Assembly: GCF_001194135.2 (NCBI RefSeq)
Contig: NC_068981.1
Coordinates: 135,752,681-135,816,680 of the forward strand
Direction of reading: 5' to 3'
Origin: Octopus bimaculoides
Lineage: Eukaryota
Length of the DNA stretch: 64,000 bases
A program made the translations under genes and the position numbers. Positions within the stretch are counted from its first letter, which is position 1, and each line of letters opens with the position of its first letter. Under the pieces are notes generated by a model that was not told the origin of the DNA, made no database searches, and was given only the letters and a program-made list of their open reading frames with translations. This document shows, piece after piece, positions 26,075 to 38,344 of the stretch.

Positions 26075-26148
26075 TGCTCCGTAGCTCAGTTGGTTAGAAC
26101 GCCAGTCTAATAAACTGGACTTCGGGTTTTCGAACCTCTCTGTAGCCT
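26075..26148 (+). pseudogene. tRNA-Thr-derived copy with anticodon AAT, probably a pseudogene
   Basis: CCAGT-CTAATAA-ACTGG arm intact; acceptor and T stems mispaired. Confidence 0.75.
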
Positions 26149-26735
26149 ACATAATTTAGACAATATTTTTTTTCTCATGCTAAAGTGAAACCGATATTAA
26201 TTTCTGAAATGTAAACAAGGCAACAAAATCTTACAGTTGAATATAATCAATCATTTCGACCATATCATTTCACTGTTTCTTTTAATAAACCAGGAGTGAA
26301 GAAAACAATAAAAAATGTTGATCTTATTGAATGAGAAATTATTCATATGCTTGGCTGCTATTTCCAGTAGATCCAGTGGTTACGTAAAACCTCTGCTGTC
26401 AGTGTTGAAGATTGTAGCGTATGTAATGTCCAATATGATAACTCACCATAAAGAAGACGACATTATATCTTATATTAAAACAAGAGTTATGCTGATATCT
26501 CTCTTTCCTGTAAACTTTACGGTAAATAAAAAGAAAAAGAAGCCCTAGTAAGCGTGTTTGTTAAATTAATATCATAAGTCAGGATACAAGTGTAAAAATA
26601 GAAGAGTTAATAATATATAATAACAAGGCACCACCAAACAACAATGAACATCATTATACTTTGTATCTACAGATTCTATGTCATTGTTCATTATACACAG
26701 ACGTTATCATTGTCAACGTCATAATAATTTAAAAG

Positions 26736-26797
26736 TGGCAAGCTGCATAGCCAGTTCAGTAAATCAGCGATCGTTTGTTCGAGTCTCTCTCGGACCT
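26736..26797 (+). pseudogene. tRNA-Thr remnant
   Basis: CCAGTTCAGTAAAT...GTTCGAGTCTCTC with a shortened D-arm, at the expected array position. Confidence 0.55.
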
Positions 26798-27139
26798 CGT
26801 TTCCCCCCCCCACCCCCCACCCCAAAACATTCTTAATATTTCTTCGCTATAGCTTCATTGGTACAAATATTGCTTATAAAATGCACATAAACTTAGAGAC
26901 TTCTTTTTTGGTCGTATATCATCTATTATATGGATCTTAGTATTTTCAGCGTTTCTTTATTTTAGTAAAACCGGAGCGGTGAAAACCAATATAGATTTGG
27001 GCTGTATATGAACCCAGAACTTGAAGACCTTGGTCTAACGATCTGACGAAACCGCGGACTTCATAAGTTGATCAATAAATTGAATTCCTACATAACTGAT
27101 ATTATTGAAATTTTTTGTGTAATAATTGAAGACATAATA

Positions 27140-27352
27140 ATCCTTTCTACAACAAGCACAAAACCTGAAACAGTGGGGGAGGGAGATAGTAGATTATACC
27201 GACCCCGTTACTTGACTGGTACTTATTTCAGTTTCCCGAATGGATGAAAGGCAAAGTTGATCTCGGTGGAATTTGAACTCAGAACGTAAAGAAGGACGAA
27301 ATACCTCTGAGCATTTTGTTGGGCGTGCTAACGATTCTTCCAGCTTAGCGCC
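27140..27352 (-). mobile_element. SINE S1 upstream of a tRNA
   Basis: Flanked by a duplication of AAGACATAATAAT. Confidence 0.8.
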
Positions 27353-27398
27353 ATAATTAAAGACATAATAATAATATTGTGAGCAGCATTTAAGAACT

Positions 27399-27472
27399 GG
27401 CTCCGTAGCTCAGTTGGTCAGAGCGCCAGTCTAGTAAACTGGAGGTCGAGTGTTCGAGTCCCTCTGGAGCCT
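27399..27472 (+). tRNA. tRNA-Thr(AGT), near-intact
   Basis: Full cloverleaf, G7-T66 wobble, T-arm GAGTG-TTCGAGT-CCCTC (T52.C62). Confidence 0.8.
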
Positions 27473-27739
27473 ACTGTTCGTAATTCTACTTTTGCTCTGG
27501 GCTGACCAAAGCTTTAGGAGTGAATTTGATAGGCAGAAACTAGAAAAGAACTCTGCTAGGTAGATAAATAGATAGATGATGCTAGGTAAGCTGGTAGGTA
27601 GGCAGGCTGAAAGGTGTGTGTGTGTCCACACGCACACATATAATATACATACTTACATATGCAGGTATGTGTGTGTGTGGACATACACATACATAAAATA
27701 TACATATGTATACAGGATGTGTACATGTGTTTGTGTGTC

Positions 27740-27775
<36 letters not shown>

Positions 27776-27890
27776 CAATATACATACTTATGTATCCAGA
27801 TATGTGTACACGTGTGTGTGTGTGTGTTTTCTGTCTGTCTTGAAACTACACACTGGTCAGCCCATGGCTATAATCTTGTATTGGTGCTAA

Positions 27891-28128
27891 TATTTATTTC
27901 TTTATTGCCCACAGGGGGCTAAACAGAGTGGGGACAAACAAGGACAGACAAAGGAATTAAGTTGATTACATCGTCCCCAGTGCATAACTGGTACTTATTT
28001 AATCGACTCCAAAAGGATGAAAAGCAAAGTGGACATCAGCGGAATTTGAACTCAGAACGTAACGGCAGACGAAATACCGCAATGCATTTCGCCCGGCGTG
28101 CTAACGATTCTGCGAGTTCGCCGCCTTA
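27891..28128 (-). mobile_element. SINE S1 with tail B
   Basis: TCTTTATTGCCCACAGGGGGCTAAACAGAG tail plus the complete head. Confidence 0.85.
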
Positions 28129-28171
28129 CTCAAAGACATAATAATAATATTGAGAGCAGATTGTAAGAACT

Positions 28172-28245
28172 GGCTCCGTAGCTCAGTTGGTCAGAGCGCC
28201 AGTCTAGTAAACTGGAGGTCGAGTATTCGAGTCCCTACGGAGCCT
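28172..28245 (+). tRNA. tRNA-Thr(AGT) with damaged T-arm (G53A, C65A), likely a recent pseudogene
   Basis: Identical to 27399 through the variable loop; T-arm reads GAGTA-TTCGAGT-CCCTA. Confidence 0.6.
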
Positions 28246-29557
28246 AATCTACTGTTCTTAATTTTACTTTTGCTCCGCAAAGGAGATTATATTGGTGCTA
28301 ATAATATTGATTCCTGAAATGCATACAAAACCACAAACGTTTGAGGTTGAAGTATTGACAGCTTCTCAGGTCAGTTGTTGTAATGGAAGCCTACGCATGA
28401 CGAAAAGTCTCACTTTACGTACAGGGATCAAGTGGAACAAAAATACTTGACTACTTCGAAGAATTCTCCTTCTATGGATTATTACCGTAACTGAGATCAC
28501 CTGTTTGGAGCGACAGAAAAAACGGAAGGTTCTCACGCTGACTCCTGTATCTTATAAACCTCTTTTATTGGAACAAAAGAATAAGTACCGAGAGCCACAC
28601 TTTAGGAATGAAGAGTAATTGATTAAGTGGAACATATCTGAGGTCCGGAAGATAAGAGGAAAACTTGAGCTCCACAGAAATTGAACTCTGTGTAAACTGC
28701 TTTAACTAAATGCCAGATAAACATTATTTTTGACATTCTACTGATTGTTCAATCCATGACAACTATCGACTTTCTGCATGGTCACTTGACGTACTAGAAA
28801 TATCAGTCTGATCCCTTTAAACCATAACTTACTATTTTAGAAAGGAGATACACATTGACGGATGTATCACGAGAATGACGGGGTAAACTAAATATAGGGA
28901 TGGCTAGTTTTGGAATGTCATCGATCATATGTGTGTTTGAACAGGGATAATTAGGGGCTAAATAACATCAATAGCTATATTGCTTGTGATGTTATAAGAG
29001 AAAATAGTCAGATACTTAGCTGCTATTTCAAGCAGATCCATTAGTCATGCAAAGCTTCTATGTCGTTTCGTTGCCGTTGTTAATATTGTACTAAGGCAAT
29101 TTCGCCGAGGTCGACTACTTCCGCCGAGGACGAGTAATACTCCGAGGTCGACTTTACCTTTCATCCCTTCGGGGTTGATAAAGTAATATCATTTGATAAC
29201 TGGGGTTGATGTAGTCGACTAACTCCTTCACGCAATTGTTGGCCTTGTACCAAAATTTGAAACCCCCATTGAAGATTGTATTGCGATGTCCAATACAACT
29301 TACCGCAGATAACTTAAGTTATGCATCTTATGTTGGTTCGAGAGTTGTTGTACGGATATTTCTCACGTAATCTCCACTTAAGCCGACGTTATAGTGAGAT
29401 TGTTTGCTGAACAAATATTGATAATGATACTAGAATAAATGTAACAACCTATTACCATAGCAACAATGAACGGCATTATAACTGGACACAACAGTTTCAG
29501 TATAGTTTAACCTTAAAATTATCGACGTCACAATAATTTAAACATACAAACCGACGT

Positions 29558-29631
29558 GTTTTCATAGGTAAGTTGGTCAGACTGTTAATCAAATAAACTG
29601 ATGATCGGGTATTCGAAACCCGCTGGAGCCT
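29558..29631 (+). pseudogene. tRNA-Thr-derived pseudogene
   Basis: 74-nt colinear match ending CCCGCTGGAGCCT; stems broken. Confidence 0.7.
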
Positions 29632-29997
29632 CCGTATTATGGTCCCACTCCCGCCTTTTGTTCACAAACTAGATTTGGCACTGATATCGGTATCTAAAAT
29701 GCACAGAAGTCCACAAAGGCTTACACTGATATATATAATCAATTATATCGACCCCAGTATTTCACTGGGTTTTTCAGTAAATCCGGTGGGAAGAGAGCGG
29801 TAACAGTTATGATCTCCTTGTTGAAAGAATAATTTTTCGTATACTTCCTGCTATTTCAAGCGAATCCAGTGGTTACGTAAAGCTTCGTCCGTCATTTCGT
29901 TACCATTAATAATTAACAATGTACTGCAATGTCCAATACGATAACTTAAGCATAAAGAAGACTACATTATATCTTATATTAAAGTTACACTGATATC

Positions 29998-30145
29998 TTT
30001 CTCTCTCTCTCTCACTCACTCTCTCTCTCTCTCACTCACTCTCTCTCTCTCTCACNNNNNNNNNNTCTCACTCACTCTCTCTCTCTCTCACTCACTCTCT
30101 CTCTCTCTCTCACTCACTCTCACTCACTCACTCTCTCTCTCTCTG
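29998..30145. repeat. (TC)n/(TCAC) microsatellite with a 10-N gap
   Basis: Seen directly. Confidence 0.9.
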
Positions 30146-30364
30146 TCCTGTTTTCTTCACAGCAAATATAAAGACGTTCTAGTAAGAATGATTTGTTAAA
30201 CAAATGTCAATAAGGATAGTTGTGTAAAAAATAGGAGTAAACAATGTAACGTGGCATCAATGAACATCATTATAATTGCTAACTACAGTTTCTATGGAAT
30301 TATTCATTATACACAGATGTTACCATTGTTGACGTCACAATACTTTAAAGAGGTCGATATGAGT

Positions 30365-30435
30365 GGCTCTAAAGTTCAGGTTAGATCACCAATTTATAAA
30401 AGAGGATCTCCAGTGTTTGAGTCCTTCTAGTAGCT
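30365..30435 (+). pseudogene. tRNA-Thr pseudogene, subfamily B (3-nt D-loop deletion)
   Basis: GGCTCTAAAGTTCAGGTTAGA...GTGTTTGAGTCCTTCTAGTAGCT. Confidence 0.7.
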
Positions 30436-30759
30436 TATTTTTTTGGGAACATTAGTTATTTTTTCTTTGTCTGAGATAGAATGACACGAATATTGATTTT
30501 AAAAATGTACACAAAGCTGTATACAGACTTCTTTGGGTGTCTATGATGGATTATTTCGGCCTTAGTATTGTCGGCATTTCTAGCTTTTAGTGAAACCTGA
30601 AGGATGGAAACCAAAACAGACTCAGAATTGTATGTAAATATCTTTGAAGACTTTGTTGTAACGATTTGACGACACCACAGACTTTAAGTTAGTGAGATAA
30701 TTGAGTTCTCAAGTAATGATGTTATTTAAATTTTTACGCAATAATTGGAGACATAATAA

Positions 30760-30962
30760 TCCTTTCTACTATTGGCACAAGGCCTAAAATTGTGGCGACG
30801 AGACTAGTCGATTACATTGACTCCAATACATGTCTGGTACATGGCTGAAAGCATGAAGGCAAAGTCGACCTCGGCAGAATTTGAACTCGGACTGTGAGGA
30901 CTGACAAAATGCCGCTAAGCATTTCGCCAGGCGTGTTAATGATTTTGCCAGCTCGTCACCTT
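30760..30962 (-). mobile_element. SINE S1 at the same site relative to the tRNA as the 27140 and 44285 copies
   Basis: Preceded by GAGACATAATAATCCTTTCTACT. Confidence 0.75.
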
Positions 30963-31004
30963 AATTGAAAGCAACAATAATAATTTAAGCAAAACGTGTA
31001 AACT

Positions 31005-31050
31005 GGCCCGTAACACAGTTGGTTAGAGTTCCAGTCAAGTAAGCGAGAGG
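31005..31050 (+). pseudogene. 5' part of a tRNA-Thr pseudogene
   Basis: GGCCCGTAACACAGTTGGTTAGAGTTCCAGTCAAGTAA; 3' half lost. Confidence 0.65.
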
Positions 31051-31611
31051 CTTACTGAATATGGTTTCTATTTTCCTTTTCTCAAGATAGATTGATTCAG
31101 ATATTGATATCTAAAATGCACACAAAGACACAAAAACTTGCAGTGGAATTTAACCACTTATATCTACGTTAGTATTTCATTGTTTCCTTTAGTAAATACG
31201 GTAGAACGTAAACAGCAACAATTTTGATCTTGCTGAAAGAGGAATTATTCAAAAACTTGGCTACTATTTCCAGCGAAACCAGTGGTCGCGTAAAGCTTCG
31301 TTCGTCACTTTGTTACTGTTGTCAATGGCGACCAATGTATTGTAATGACTAATACGATAATTCACCATAGAGAAGACTACATTATATCTGATATTAAACC
31401 AGGAGTTATACTGTTGTGTCTCTTTCCTGTAATGTTTACAGCAAATATAAAGACGTTCTAGTAAGAATGTTCTGTTATACTAATATTAATATGGATGCGA
31501 GTGTAAAAATAGAGTAAACAATGTAACGTGGTATGTCCAAAGAACAATGAACATCATTATACAGACGTTACAATTGTCGTCCTCACAATAATTATAGACG
31601 TCGATGTGAGT

Positions 31612-31682
31612 GGCTCCAAAGTTCAGGTTAGACTGCTAATCTATAAAACTAGATGTCAAGTGTTCGAGTTTCTCTAGAAGCT
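31612..31682 (+). pseudogene. tRNA-Thr pseudogene, subfamily B
   Basis: GGCTCCAAAGTTCAGGTTAGAC...AAGTGTTCGAGTTTCTCTAGAAGCT. Confidence 0.7.
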
Positions 31683-32265
31683 TGTTTTTTTTTCTGGAAT
31701 ATTTATATTTATGAATATGGATTTCTAAAATGTACACAGTTACAGATTTCTTCGGATGTCTATAATGGGTTATTTCGACCTTAGGATTGTCAGCGTTTCT
31801 TGCTTTTAGTGAAACATGAAGGATGAAAACCAGAATAGACCTGGGCGGGTTATGAACCCAGAAATGTATGTAAATATTCTCTTACTTGTTTCAGTCATTT
31901 GACTGCGGCTATGCTGGAGCACCACCTTTGAATATGTCGACAACCTTATTGTAACGATTTGACGAAAGCACAGATTTTACAAGCTGGTCAGTTAATTGAT
32001 TTCCAACGTAATGATGTTATTGAAATGTTTTATGCAATAATTGAAGACATAACAATAATAACCTGGCTCTGTCGCTTAGAATATTGATTTTTAAAATGCC
32101 ACAAAGACTTGCAGTGGAATATAATCGATTATATCGATCTTAGTATACCACTGCTTCTTTTAGTAAACCCAGAGGGATGAAAACAGAAGGAATTTTGATC
32201 TTATTGTTAAAAGAGGAATTAATGAGATATTGGCTGCTATTCCCAGCAAATCCAGCGTCACGTAA

Positions 32266-32901
32266 GGATCTTGTTCAAAACGGGGGCACCAGTTTTCATT
32301 TATGTTTTACGTAGTGTTTTTGGTACTGAAAGACTTTCAAACTTCGTATACTTATCTATTTTGTGTTATAGAACAGAAAAAAATTTTTGTATTCGAATTT
32401 ATTTCATGTAAAAAACTGTCTTATTTCGATAATTTCTACTAATCACTGACGTCTATTCAGTTGAAAACAGTTAGCGCTGTAACGGTGTATATCGTATTAA
32501 TCCCCGTTAGTTCTGACATTTCAACCCTAACCCTAACCCTAAAACTAACCCTAACTCTAGAATCCGAACTCTAAAATTGTTACACACATAGATACGCACA
32601 GCGTAATTTATTATATAAACAATATATGCGTATAAATTACGATTAAACCGGATGAAATATGTCACAGGGAATAACATTTTTATGACCGGCCAGCAGTAAC
32701 TCTATTCAGCTGAATAGACGTCAGTGATTGGTTGAAATTACAGAAATACGACAACTTTAACACGAAATAACTTGCGATGTACGTTTTTTTGTTAAGAAGA
32801 CTAAGAGAAAAAGATGTTTTATATGACACATTCTACCAGTGTCCCAAGTTTCAAAGTGTTTCGTTAAGAAAATACTGGTGCTCCCGTTTTGAACAAGATC
32901 C
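32266..32901. mobile_element. Merlin-like non-autonomous DNA transposon with internal (CCCTAA)n
   Basis: TIRs GGATCTTGTTCAAAACGGGGGCACCAGT and ACTGGTGCTCCCGTTTTGAACAAGATCC. 8-bp TSD TCACGTAA; empty paralogous sites at about 29870 and 31285. Confidence 0.75.
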
Positions 32902-32994
32902 TCACGTAAAGCTTCGTTCGACATTTCGTTTCTGTTGTAAATGCTGAACAGTGTATCGTAACGTTTAATATGGTGCTCACCATATTATATCTTA

Positions 32995-33209
32995 CGAGGT
33001 GTGTTTATAAAGTTCCTGGCTTTGAGTAAAGAAAATACAGGAGGATCTGTTAATTACGATTTCATCCAACATGTTCCCATCTCAAATTCACACACTTATT
33101 GCAGCCCTTCAGTTTTTCTAAGCTTTGTAAAAAAAAACTTGGAAGTTTGGGTCTCCATCCAAGCCTTCCACGAAACCCTTAAAGCCAGGAAGTTTTCAGC
33201 ACTTTGTTG
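32995..33209. mobile_element. mariner-type MITE (about 215 bp)
   Basis: Inverted ends containing AAAGTTCCTGGCTTT and AAAGCCAGGAAGTTTT, with TA flanks. Paralogue at 43199-43416. Confidence 0.7.
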
Positions 33210-33689
33210 TATATTAAACCAGGAGTTACACCGACGTCTCTCTCTCTCTCTCTCTTTCTCTCTCCTGTAATCTTCACTGTAAATATTAGAAACCTCGTAG
33301 AAAGAGCGTTTGTTAAAACTAATATTAGTAATAATACTGGGGAAAAATCAGAGGAACAAGTAATCATTTCTACTAAAGGCACAAGTCCTGAAACTTGGGC
33401 GGAGGGGACAAATAGATTACATCGACCAGTGTTTCACTACTACTTAATTTATTAACATCAAAAGGATGAAAGGTAAAGTCCGCGGTGGAAATTGAAATCA
33501 GAACGTAGCCACGGGCGAAATACCTCTAAACATTTCGTCCCTGCTGATGATTCTGCCAGCTCGCCATGGTAACACCAAACAGCAAGGACCGTCACTATAA
33601 TTGCTAACTACAGTTTCTATGTAATTATTCTTTATACACAGGCATTAGCATTGTTGGCGTCACATTACTTTAAAGACGTCGATGTGAGT

Positions 33690-33760
33690 GTCTCTAAAGT
33701 TCAGGTTAGACTCGCAATTTATAAAACTAGAGGTCAAGTGTTCGAGTCCCTCCAGAAGCT
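33690..33760 (+). pseudogene. tRNA-Thr pseudogene, subfamily B
   Basis: Same D-loop deletion; B-box GTTCGAGTCC retained. Confidence 0.7.
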
Positions 33761-33977
33761 TATTGCTGTTTTGGAATATTTCTTCTTTTTCTTTGTTTGA
33801 GATAGAATGATGATAGGAATATTGATTTCTAAAATGTACACCAACTAAAATGTACACCAACAGATTTCTTCGGATGTTTATAATGGATTATTTCCACTTT
33901 AGTAATGATGTTATTGAAATGGCATTGCATAATAGTTTAACACATAATAATAATGATTTAAATGACGTGTACGTACT

Positions 33978-34051
33978 GGCTCCGTAGCTCAGATGGTTAG
34001 AGCGCCAGTCTAGTAAACTGGAGGTCGAGTGTTCGAGTCCCTCCGGAGCCT
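33978..34051 (+). tRNA. tRNA-Thr(AGT), near-intact
   Basis: Perfect acceptor GGCTCCG/CGGAGCC, perfect D and anticodon stems, T52.C62 mismatch, TTTT 6 nt downstream. Confidence 0.85.
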
Positions 34052-34696
34052 ATTATTTTCGCTGAAGATTCTCAAATTTTTTTTTCTATAAGAGAGATAA
34101 TGATACATGTATTGTTTCCAGAATGACTAAGAAAATACACAAACAAGCGTTTGTGGTTGATGTATTGACAGGTTCTCACATCAATTGTTATGGAAACCTA
34201 GTCACGATAAAGCATTTCACGTTACATACATCGGTCCACTTGAACAAGATACTGAGACAACTTTGCAAAATTCTCCTTCTTCCATGGATGATCGCCCTAA
34301 CTGAAGATCACCTGTTTGGAGCGACCGAAGAAAGAGAAAGAAAGTTCCCTCACTGACTCCCGTCTCTTGTGAATCGCTTTTACTAGAACAGAGTAGAAGA
34401 ATACGTATCAAGCGCCACACTTTAGGAAAGAAGTGTAAATGATTTTATAAGGACAATTACTTCGTTGGAAGATATTTGTCTGAGGTCTTGAAGAATGAAA
34501 AGTAAACTTGAGCTCTTCAGGAATTGAACTCGGTGTGTAAATGGCCTTCACTAAATGGTAAAAGGCATTAATTACAACATTCTATTGCTTGTTCATCCAA
34601 TATCTAAGGATATAAAATAAGCCCATCAAGTTTCTACATGGCTGCTTGAAGTGCTAGAAATATCAGTCAAAACCATCTAAACTATAACTTATTGTT

Positions 34697-35093
34697 CTTT
34701 TTTTTTGTTTTCGTTGGCACTCCGTCGCTTACGACGTCGAGGGTTCCAGTTGATCCGATCAATGGAGCAGCCTGTTCGTGAAATTAACGTGCAAGTGGCT
34801 GAGCATTCCACAGACACGTGTACCCTTAACGTAGTTCTCGGGAATATTCAGCGTGATACAATGTGACAAGGCTGACCCTTTGAATTACAGGCACAACAGA
34901 AACAGGAAGTAAGTGTGAGAGAAAGTTGTGGTGGAAAAGTACAGCAGGTTTCGCTACCATCCCCTGCCGGACCCTCGTGGAGCTTTAGGTGTTTTCGCTC
35001 AATAAACACTCACAACACCCGGTCTGGGAATCGAAACCGCGATCCTATGACCGCGAGTCTGCTGCTCTAACCACTGGGCCATTGCGCCTCCAC
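34697..35093 (-). mobile_element. SINE S3
   Basis: TSD ACTTATTGTT at 34687-34696 and 35094-35103. Confidence 0.9.
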
Positions 35094-35782
35094 ACTTATT
35101 GTTTTAGAACGGAGATAAACTAAATATATGCTGGTCTGTTTTGGAACGCCATCGATCATAAGTTAGTTTGGGATTAAACAACAGCCATATTGCTTGTCAT
35201 GATAAAAGAGAACTTATTCAGATAATTGTCTTTTATTTCAAGCAGAGCCATTGGTCACGCAGGCATCCTACGTCGTTTCGTCACCGTTGTTAATATTGTA
35301 TTAAGGTTGATTAATTCCGCCGAGGACGAGTAATTCGCCGAGGTCGACTTAACCTTTCATCCATTTAGGGCTGATAAAATAAGTAGCATTTGAGAACTGG
35401 GGGTCGATGTAATCGACTAATTCCTACCCGCTATTACTTGCCAAGTACCAAAATTTGAAACCCCACATAAAACATTGTATTGCGAGGTCCAATAGAGCTC
35501 ACCGCAGATACTCACTATATCTTATGTTGGTCTGGGAGTTGTTGCACAAATACGTGTCTCTCTTTTGTAATCTCCACTTAAATAAGCAGACGTTATAGTG
35601 AAATTGTTTTCTGAACAAATATTAATAATGATACTAGAATAAATGTAGCAGCGTATCACCATAGCAACAATGGACGACATTATGATTGGTCATTACAGTT
35701 TTAGTATAGGTTTACGTTACAATTATCGACGTTACAATCATCTAGACATACAGCTCGACGTGTCATTATAGCTTACTTAGAT

Positions 35783-35987
35783 GTCGGCGAGCTGGCAGAA
35801 GCGTTAGCAGCCGGGCGAAATGCTTAGCGGTATTTCGCCATTACGCTCTGAGTTCAAATTCCGCCGAGATCGATTTTGCCTTTCATCCTTCGGGGTCGAT
35901 AAATTAAGTACCAGTTACGTACTGGAGTCGATCTAATCGACTGGCCCCCTCCCCCAAAATTTAGAGCCTTGTGCCTAGAGTAGAAAA
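35783..35987 (+). mobile_element. SINE S1, young copy, interrupting a tRNA remnant at about 35760
   Basis: Complete consensus. The upstream CGACGTGTCATTATAGC parallels the 29558 copy. Confidence 0.8.
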
Positions 35988-36218
35988 GATTATATCTTAT
36001 ATTAAACGAGAAGTTATACTGATCTCTTTCTTTCTCGCTCCTGTTTTCTTTACAGCAAATATAAAGACTTTATAGTAAGAGTGTTTTGTTGAACTGATAT
36101 GAAGAAGGATAGTTATGTAAAAATAGAGATAATAGTAATGTAACGTGGTATCACAAAACAACAATGAACATCGTTATAACTTCTAACTACAGTTTCTATG
36201 GAATTATTATACAGATAT

Positions 36219-36604
36219 GTGGAGGCGCAATGGCCCAGTGGTTAGGGCAGCGGACTCGCGGTCATAGGATCGCGGTTTCGATTCCCAGACCGGGCGTTGT
36301 GAGTGTTTATTGAGCGAAAACACCTAAAGCTCCACAAGGCTCCGGCAGGGGATGGTGGCGAATCCTGCTGTACTCTTCCACCACAACTTTCTCTCACTCT
36401 TACTTCCTGTTTCTGTTGTGCCTGTAATTTAAAGGGTCAGCCTTGTCACACCGTGTCACGCTGAATATCCCCGAGAATTACGTTAAGGGTACACGTGTCT
36501 GTGGAGTGCTCAGCCACTTGCACGTTAATTTCACGAGCAGGCTGTTCCGTTGATCGGATCAACTGGAACCCTCGACGTCGTAAGCGACGGAGTGCCAACA
36601 ACAA
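36219..36604 (+). mobile_element. SINE S3, full-length
   Basis: A-box TGGCCCAGTGG, B-box GGTTTCGATTCC, TSD ATTATACAGATAT. Confidence 0.9.
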
Positions 36605-36661
36605 ATTATACAGATATTGTCATTGTTGACCTCAAAATAATTTAAAGACGTCGATATGAGT

Positions 36662-36732
36662 GGCTCTAAAGTTTAGGTTAGACCGCAAATTTATAAAACT
36701 GGAGGTCAAGTGTCTGAGTCCTTCTAGAAGTT
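36662..36732 (+). pseudogene. tRNA-Thr pseudogene, subfamily B
   Basis: GGCTCTAAAGTTTAGGTTAGAC... Confidence 0.7.
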
Positions 36733-37100
36733 TTTTTTTTCTGGAATGTTTCTTTTTTTTTCTCTTTGTTTGAGATAGAATGATACTAATATTGATTTCA
36801 AAATGTATACAAAGTTACTTCTTCGGATGTCTATAATGGATCATATCGACCTTAGTATTTGTCGGCGTTTCTTGATTTCAGTAAAATCTGAAGGATGAAA
36901 ACCAGAATAGACCTGGGCGGCGGGTTATGAAACCAGAACTGTATGTAAATATGTTGAAGACCTTGTTGTAACGATTTGACGAAACCACAAACTTTATAAT
37001 TTGGTCAGTCAATTGAATGTTTATGTAATGACGTTATTGATATTGTTATACGCAATAATTGATGACATAATAATAATAATTGAAAAGTTCTCCGTAGCAT

Positions 37101-37174
37101 GGCTCCGTAGCTAAGCTGGTTAGAGCGCCAGACTAGTAAAGTGGAGGTCAAGTGTTCGAGTCACTCAGGAGCCT
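37101..37174 (+). pseudogene. tRNA-Thr(AGT) pseudogene
   Basis: 74-nt match; anticodon stem CCAGA/AGTGG is broken; T-arm AAGTG/CACTC. Confidence 0.75.
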
Positions 37175-37988
37175 GAATATTCCTCTTATTTATTTTTTGT
37201 CTCGCAAAGCATATGACATTGGTGCATATATTTGTTCCTGAAATGTATAAAGAACAACAGAAATTTTTGATTTTGTTGGAACAGGAATTGTCTACTATTT
37301 CCAGCGAATTCAGTGGTCGCGTAAAGCTTCGTTCGTCATTTCCTTGTTGTTAATGATGAACAATGTACGATAATGTCCAATATGATGATAACTCACCGTA
37401 GAGAAGACTACATTATATTTTATACTAGCTTAAAAGCTGCACTACCTGCGGACTTTTAATGTGGATCCTGCGGAGGGCTAATTGGGCTTTCGACCTAAAA
37501 TTGTAGAGAGCAATAATCTTTTCTGCTCTAGGCACAAGGCCCGAAATTTTGGTGGAGGGGGCTAGTCGATTAGATCGACCCCAGGATGAACAACCTTCTT
37601 GTTTGACAGAGAGAATGCCGCGTTTATTATTGTAGGTAATGGAGGTAACTGTCACAAAGTTTTGGTATTAAATTCAAAAAGTTTTGGTCAGTTCTCTCAC
37701 GCAGAATGTCGCATTTATTATTATAGCTAAGGGAGGTAACTCTTATAAACCGTTTGAAACCACCCACGGTCGTTTTACCTGTTAGAAATTGCAGTCCGAA
37801 TGGTCTTACTTCAGATCCAAACGCTTAATGTTCAAGAACCAACTGACGGTCAGGTTTCAATCCCGGCATCATCCTCATTCCAAAAAGGTATATGTCTATG
37901 TAGAGTAAATGTACATTGAGAATCAGGGGTCTCAGACGGACTGATAGAATTTCACTTTATTTATATAGATTAAACCAGGAGTTACACT

Positions 37989-38037
<49 letters not shown>

Positions 38038-38262
38038 GTAATGTTTACAGCAAATATAAAGATATCTTAGTAAGTGTGATGTGCTAAACTAATATTAATT
38101 AGGATGCGAGTGTAAAAGTAGAGGAGTAAATAATGTAACGTGGTATCACCAAACAACAATGAACATTCTTATAATTGCTAACTACAGTTCCTATGTAATT
38201 ATTCATTATACACAGACGTTACTGTTGTCGACCTCACAATAATTTTAGACGTCGATATGAGT

Positions 38263-38333
38263 GCCTTTCAAGTTTAGGTTAGACTGCCAATTTATAAAAG
38301 TGGATGTCAAGTATTCGAGTTCATCTAGAAGCT
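38263..38333 (+). pseudogene. tRNA-Thr pseudogene, subfamily B
   Basis: Colinear with the 31612 copy. Confidence 0.65.
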
Positions 38334-38344
38334 TTTTTTTCTGG

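Noticed and set aside
32523-32555. (CCCTAA)n as a chromosome end or fusion scar
   Set aside because: It lies inside a TIR/TSD-bounded element present twice in the window.
36219-36290. SINE heads (S1, S2, S3) as tRNA genes
   Set aside because: A and B boxes are present but there is no complete cloverleaf, and they continue into SINE bodies with TSDs.
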